This document shows positions 61,309 through 64,000 of a stretch of 64,000 nucleotides of DNA, in pieces. The stretch is from an uncultured bacterium. GTDB lineage: Bacteria > Babelota > Babeliae > Babelales > Babelaceae. The position numbers were made by a program, and so were the translations under genes. Below the pieces are notes generated by a model that was given only the letters and a program-made list of their open reading frames with translations, was not told where the DNA came from and made no database searches. The stretch spans positions 384,001 through 448,000 of the forward strand of contig CAWKFG010000001.1 of assembly GCA_963848965.1 (NCBI GenBank). Reading direction: 5' to 3'. Each line of letters begins with the position of its first letter. Position 1 is the first letter of the stretch.

Positions 61309-64000
61309 TCTTTCTTAGAAAAATCTAATTTGTTAAGATGATCTATTTGTTGTGTCGATAATCCCCATTCCTGCCATTGTTCTGAGTTTTTTAAAATAAA
61401 CGACCAGTGGTCTCCTGCTAAAGTAAAAACTTCGTTAGGATGACCAAAGTAGTATAGTGTCTTTTTTACTAACAGTCGGAATACAAGGAAATCATAAGGT
61501 GTTTGTATATGACGTAATTTTAAAACACATGTTTTATTTTCTGCATCCCTATATAATAATATTTTTGGGTTTTCTTCAACTATGCGTCCAATAGTATCTA
61601 TAGCCATTTTACTATTAGGAAACTCATTAAAATGCTCTAAAACAGTAAACAGTATTTGTTTATCTTGCCATAGAGCATGTCGATGTTGAAAAACAATTTC
61701 AGATCTATCGAAAAGCCATTGCCACCATGCTTTATATTCATCTTTTTGCATTTGCGATAAATTAAACGATGATATAAAGTATTCTAAAATAACGTATAAA
61801 GTTGTGCATAGCCTATCATTGAACCAAATTTTTGCTCTTTCGTCGAACCAAAGGTCTAAGTTTCGCTGCAAAATTGGATAACTATGACTAGCCTTTTGAG
61901 CTAAGTCAAGCAAGTAGCAATGCATTATAGTATTAAAATAAAACTTTTGCCATAGAGTAAGTTTGTTATAAAACTCTTCATTAAAGTATAAAAGATTTGG
62001 TTCAGTAAAACTTCTTTTGAAGTCTGGCCATGTTTGCAACCACTGCCTTTGATCTGAATTAAGAATAGAAACTATGAATTTTTGGTAGAAAGCAGGCCAG
62101 CGCTTTACCAAATTTTCTGAGATGCCATTTTTAGCATCCTCATGCAATTTTTCATTAAATCTTTCATAAGACCCCTCTTGGCTACAGGTAGTCTGTTCTT
62201 TTTGAAAGTTGGCTGCATAGCAATTAGCCTCATTAATAATATTTGCGGGTAAACCCTGCTCCTCTGCAATTTCAATACCAGAAAAATCACTCGATATACC
62301 TTTTTGCATCTTGAATTTATTTATGTCATTCCGTTTTGGCATCATATAGTAGCCAAAATTAGATACTTCTTTTTGTACTTGTTTAAGCTCATTGATAAAA
62401 TGTGTAGAAGTAATAGAGACATTATTTTTATAATTACTCAATACCTTTAATGTAGCCATTGCTAACGCAGCTCCATCTATTTTATTAGTACCGTTAAACA
62501 TTTCATCAAAAGCAATGAGAGAAAAATGAGAATCAGATGATTTTCTTGCATATTCTTCTAATCCTTTAACTCGTTTTGCATGAGCTTGATGTAAAGATAG
62601 TCCTTGAGCCTGACTATCAGTTACATTGAAGCATGTTGCTATAGAGCTAAAGGGATGTAATGTTAATCTATTAGCAGTCGCTATACCAAATGTTTGAGCT
62701 AAAATAATGTTAAAAAGAAGCGCTCTCATGAGTGTTGATTTACCTCCTGCATTTGCTCCTGTAATTACAAGCCCATTCTTATTTTCAGAATGATTGCCAA
62801 TTTCTACAGAGTTAGGTATCGGCTTTGCAATAAGAGGGTTATAAAAATCATTCAATACGATGAGGGGAGATTCGAAAATTGGCTGAGGAGGATACTCAGC
62901 ATAACAGATAGGTAATTTTTCTTTTACTGAGTTATTTATAAAGAGAGCTATCGACATATATGCTTCAAGTTCTGCTAAAGCAACCATTGCTTGTAATAAC
63001 GAATCTCTATGCTCAATGAGTTGATTATAAATGATTATAAGAGACGGCAAGTCAAATGCATCGCTTGTACTTTTAAACTCTCTGATTTTATTAATTAAAT
63101 TGCCGGTATTTAAAAAGGATAAGTTGTTAAGTTTTGGTAATAAGGGAAGGAGAGAATTAGCATACTGCTCAATTTTTTCCTTTATAGTGTACATATGCTC
63201 TAAATAGCTACATAACTTCTTTGTTTTCTTGCATAATGCGCTACTTAAATCGATATAGGGAGCAAATGCTCTTTCATCAGAGATGTTCTTTAGAACGGCA
63301 AATTTCTGCAGCAGTTGGATTTTACGGTTATCCTGAAAAACCATTGGTATATCACTTGTACTAGGTAAAAGTTTAAGATAACTTATTAGTTGATCCGGTA
63401 TACTTGTTATCTTAGCTGCTGCACTCGATGCAATAAGCAATGCTTTTGGTATATCATTTCCTAGCTGGCACAGCTTCTCCATATTCATATCTATCTTAAG
63501 ACCAAAAAGACTATTCAATTTTTTGAAAACGTTGTGGATAAGAAAACTTACTGTAGGAGGAACACACTCTGTTTCCCAAAAATTTTTCAGTGGTATCACT
63601 ATTCTTCTCACCCCTTGGTTAACCTTTTGCCCGATAGTCAATCGTATAGTCTGCTCCGCAGTACATATGTTAGCTACAACTGTATTATTATTATACCAGT
63701 CAGAGGCTTTCTTTAGAGCCTCTGATTCAAATTGTGTATCAACCAATTTTAGCCCCCTGATAGTTGATGCAAAAGAATCTTCATCAAAGAGTGTAAAAAA
63801 AATAGCTTCATGATTTGCTAAATTATCAAAATCTTTCTTTAATTCATATAACAAAGGACTTGTTTGAAGCTTATGAATACTAGTTTGTCTTGTCCTTAAA
63901 ACATTAGTATCTGCGGATGGGGTGGCGAGAATGCTATAAAGATAGGCTTTTCCTAATTCAGTACTTGTATAATCAATAGTTGCAGCATAGTTTAAATGGG
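61305..64000 (-). CDS. MutS-like ATPase with long C-terminal extension (start lies beyond the window)
   Basis: frame open to the window edge (IDYTSTELGKAYLY..P..D..L..RQ); GANAGGKS, SLHQA, FDEMFNGT, STHF. Confidence 0.85.
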   Translation of the reverse strand, partial: HLNYAATIDYTSTELGKAYLYSILATPSADTNVLRTRQTSIHKLQTSPLLYELKKDFDNLANHEAIFFTLFDEDSFASTIRGLKLVDTQFESEALKKASDWYNNNTVVANICTAEQTIRLTIGQKVNQGVRRIVIPLKNFWETECVPPTVSFLIHNVFKKLNSLFGLKIDMNMEKLCQLGNDIPKALLIASSAAAKITSIPDQLISYLKLLPSTSDIPMVFQDNRKIQLLQKFAVLKNISDERAFAPYIDLSSALCKKTKKLCSYLEHMYTIKEKIEQYANSLLPLLPKLNNLSFLNTGNLINKIREFKSTSDAFDLPSLIIIYNQLIEHRDSLLQAMVALAELEAYMSIALFINNSVKEKLPICYAEYPPQPIFESPLIVLNDFYNPLIAKPIPNSVEIGNHSENKNGLVITGANAGGKSTLMRALLFNIILAQTFGIATANRLTLHPFSSIATCFNVTDSQAQGLSLHQAHAKRVKGLEEYARKSSDSHFSLIAFDEMFNGTNKIDGAALAMATLKVLSNYKNNVSITSTHFINELKQVQKEVSNFGYYMMPKRNDINKFKMQKGISSDFSGIEIAEEQGLPANIINEANCYAANFQKEQTTCSQEGSYERFNEKLHEDAKNGISENLVKRWPAFYQKFIVSILNSDQRQWLQTWPDFKRSFTEPNLLYFNEEFYNKLTLWQKFYFNTIMHCYLLDLAQKASHSYPILQRNLDLWFDERAKIWFNDRLCTTLYVILEYFISSFNLSQMQKDEYKAWWQWLFDRSEIVFQHRHALWQDKQILFTVLEHFNEFPNSKMAIDTIGRIVEENPKILLYRDAENKTCVLKLRHIQTPYDFLVFRLLVKKTLYYFGHPNEVFTLAGDHWSFILKNSEQWQEWGLSTQQIDHLNKLDFSKKD

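Noticed and set aside
1..64000. CRISPR array, rRNA or intact tRNA
   Set aside because: No regularly spaced repeats, and no cloverleaf or T-arm upstream of the CCA-ending motifs.
1..64000. Classical integron cassette array
   Set aside because: No intI, genes in mixed orientations with their own promoters, and no recognisable attC structures.

Overview
AT-rich accessory region from a bacterium that looks like an intracellular parasite of protists. The many signal-peptide ankyrin, WD40, LRR and MYND proteins suggest Babelota/TM6 (Dependentiae), but that assignment is inference. There are no rRNA, intact tRNA, CRISPR or core housekeeping operons. Mobile DNA: two apparently identical IS110 elements, one IS5 inserted in an ankyrin gene, and two inverted internally deleted IS200/IS605 (tnpB) elements that keep both ends and the omega-RNA region. 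The IS110 bridge RNA guides, TT core and circle-junction promoter can be read directly from the sequence. Its target is a dispersed repeat ending in a tRNA-3'-like GGGGG(C/T)(A/G)CCA. Also present: a family of ~30-bp palindromic micro-insertions, HigBA plus orphan antitoxins, and four DUF1016/YhcG remnants that each carry a different in-frame palindrome. About 16 predicted exported proteins have a signal peptide ending just before Met-(Glu/Gln). Candidate effectors include two MutS-like ATPases, TIKI/EreA-like proteins with or without a MYND finger, an MBL-LRR protein, a 2H phosphoesterase, a kinase-like protein and F-box/SOCS-like ankyrins. Many genes are frameshifted or reduced to relics; some frameshifts may be sequencing errors.
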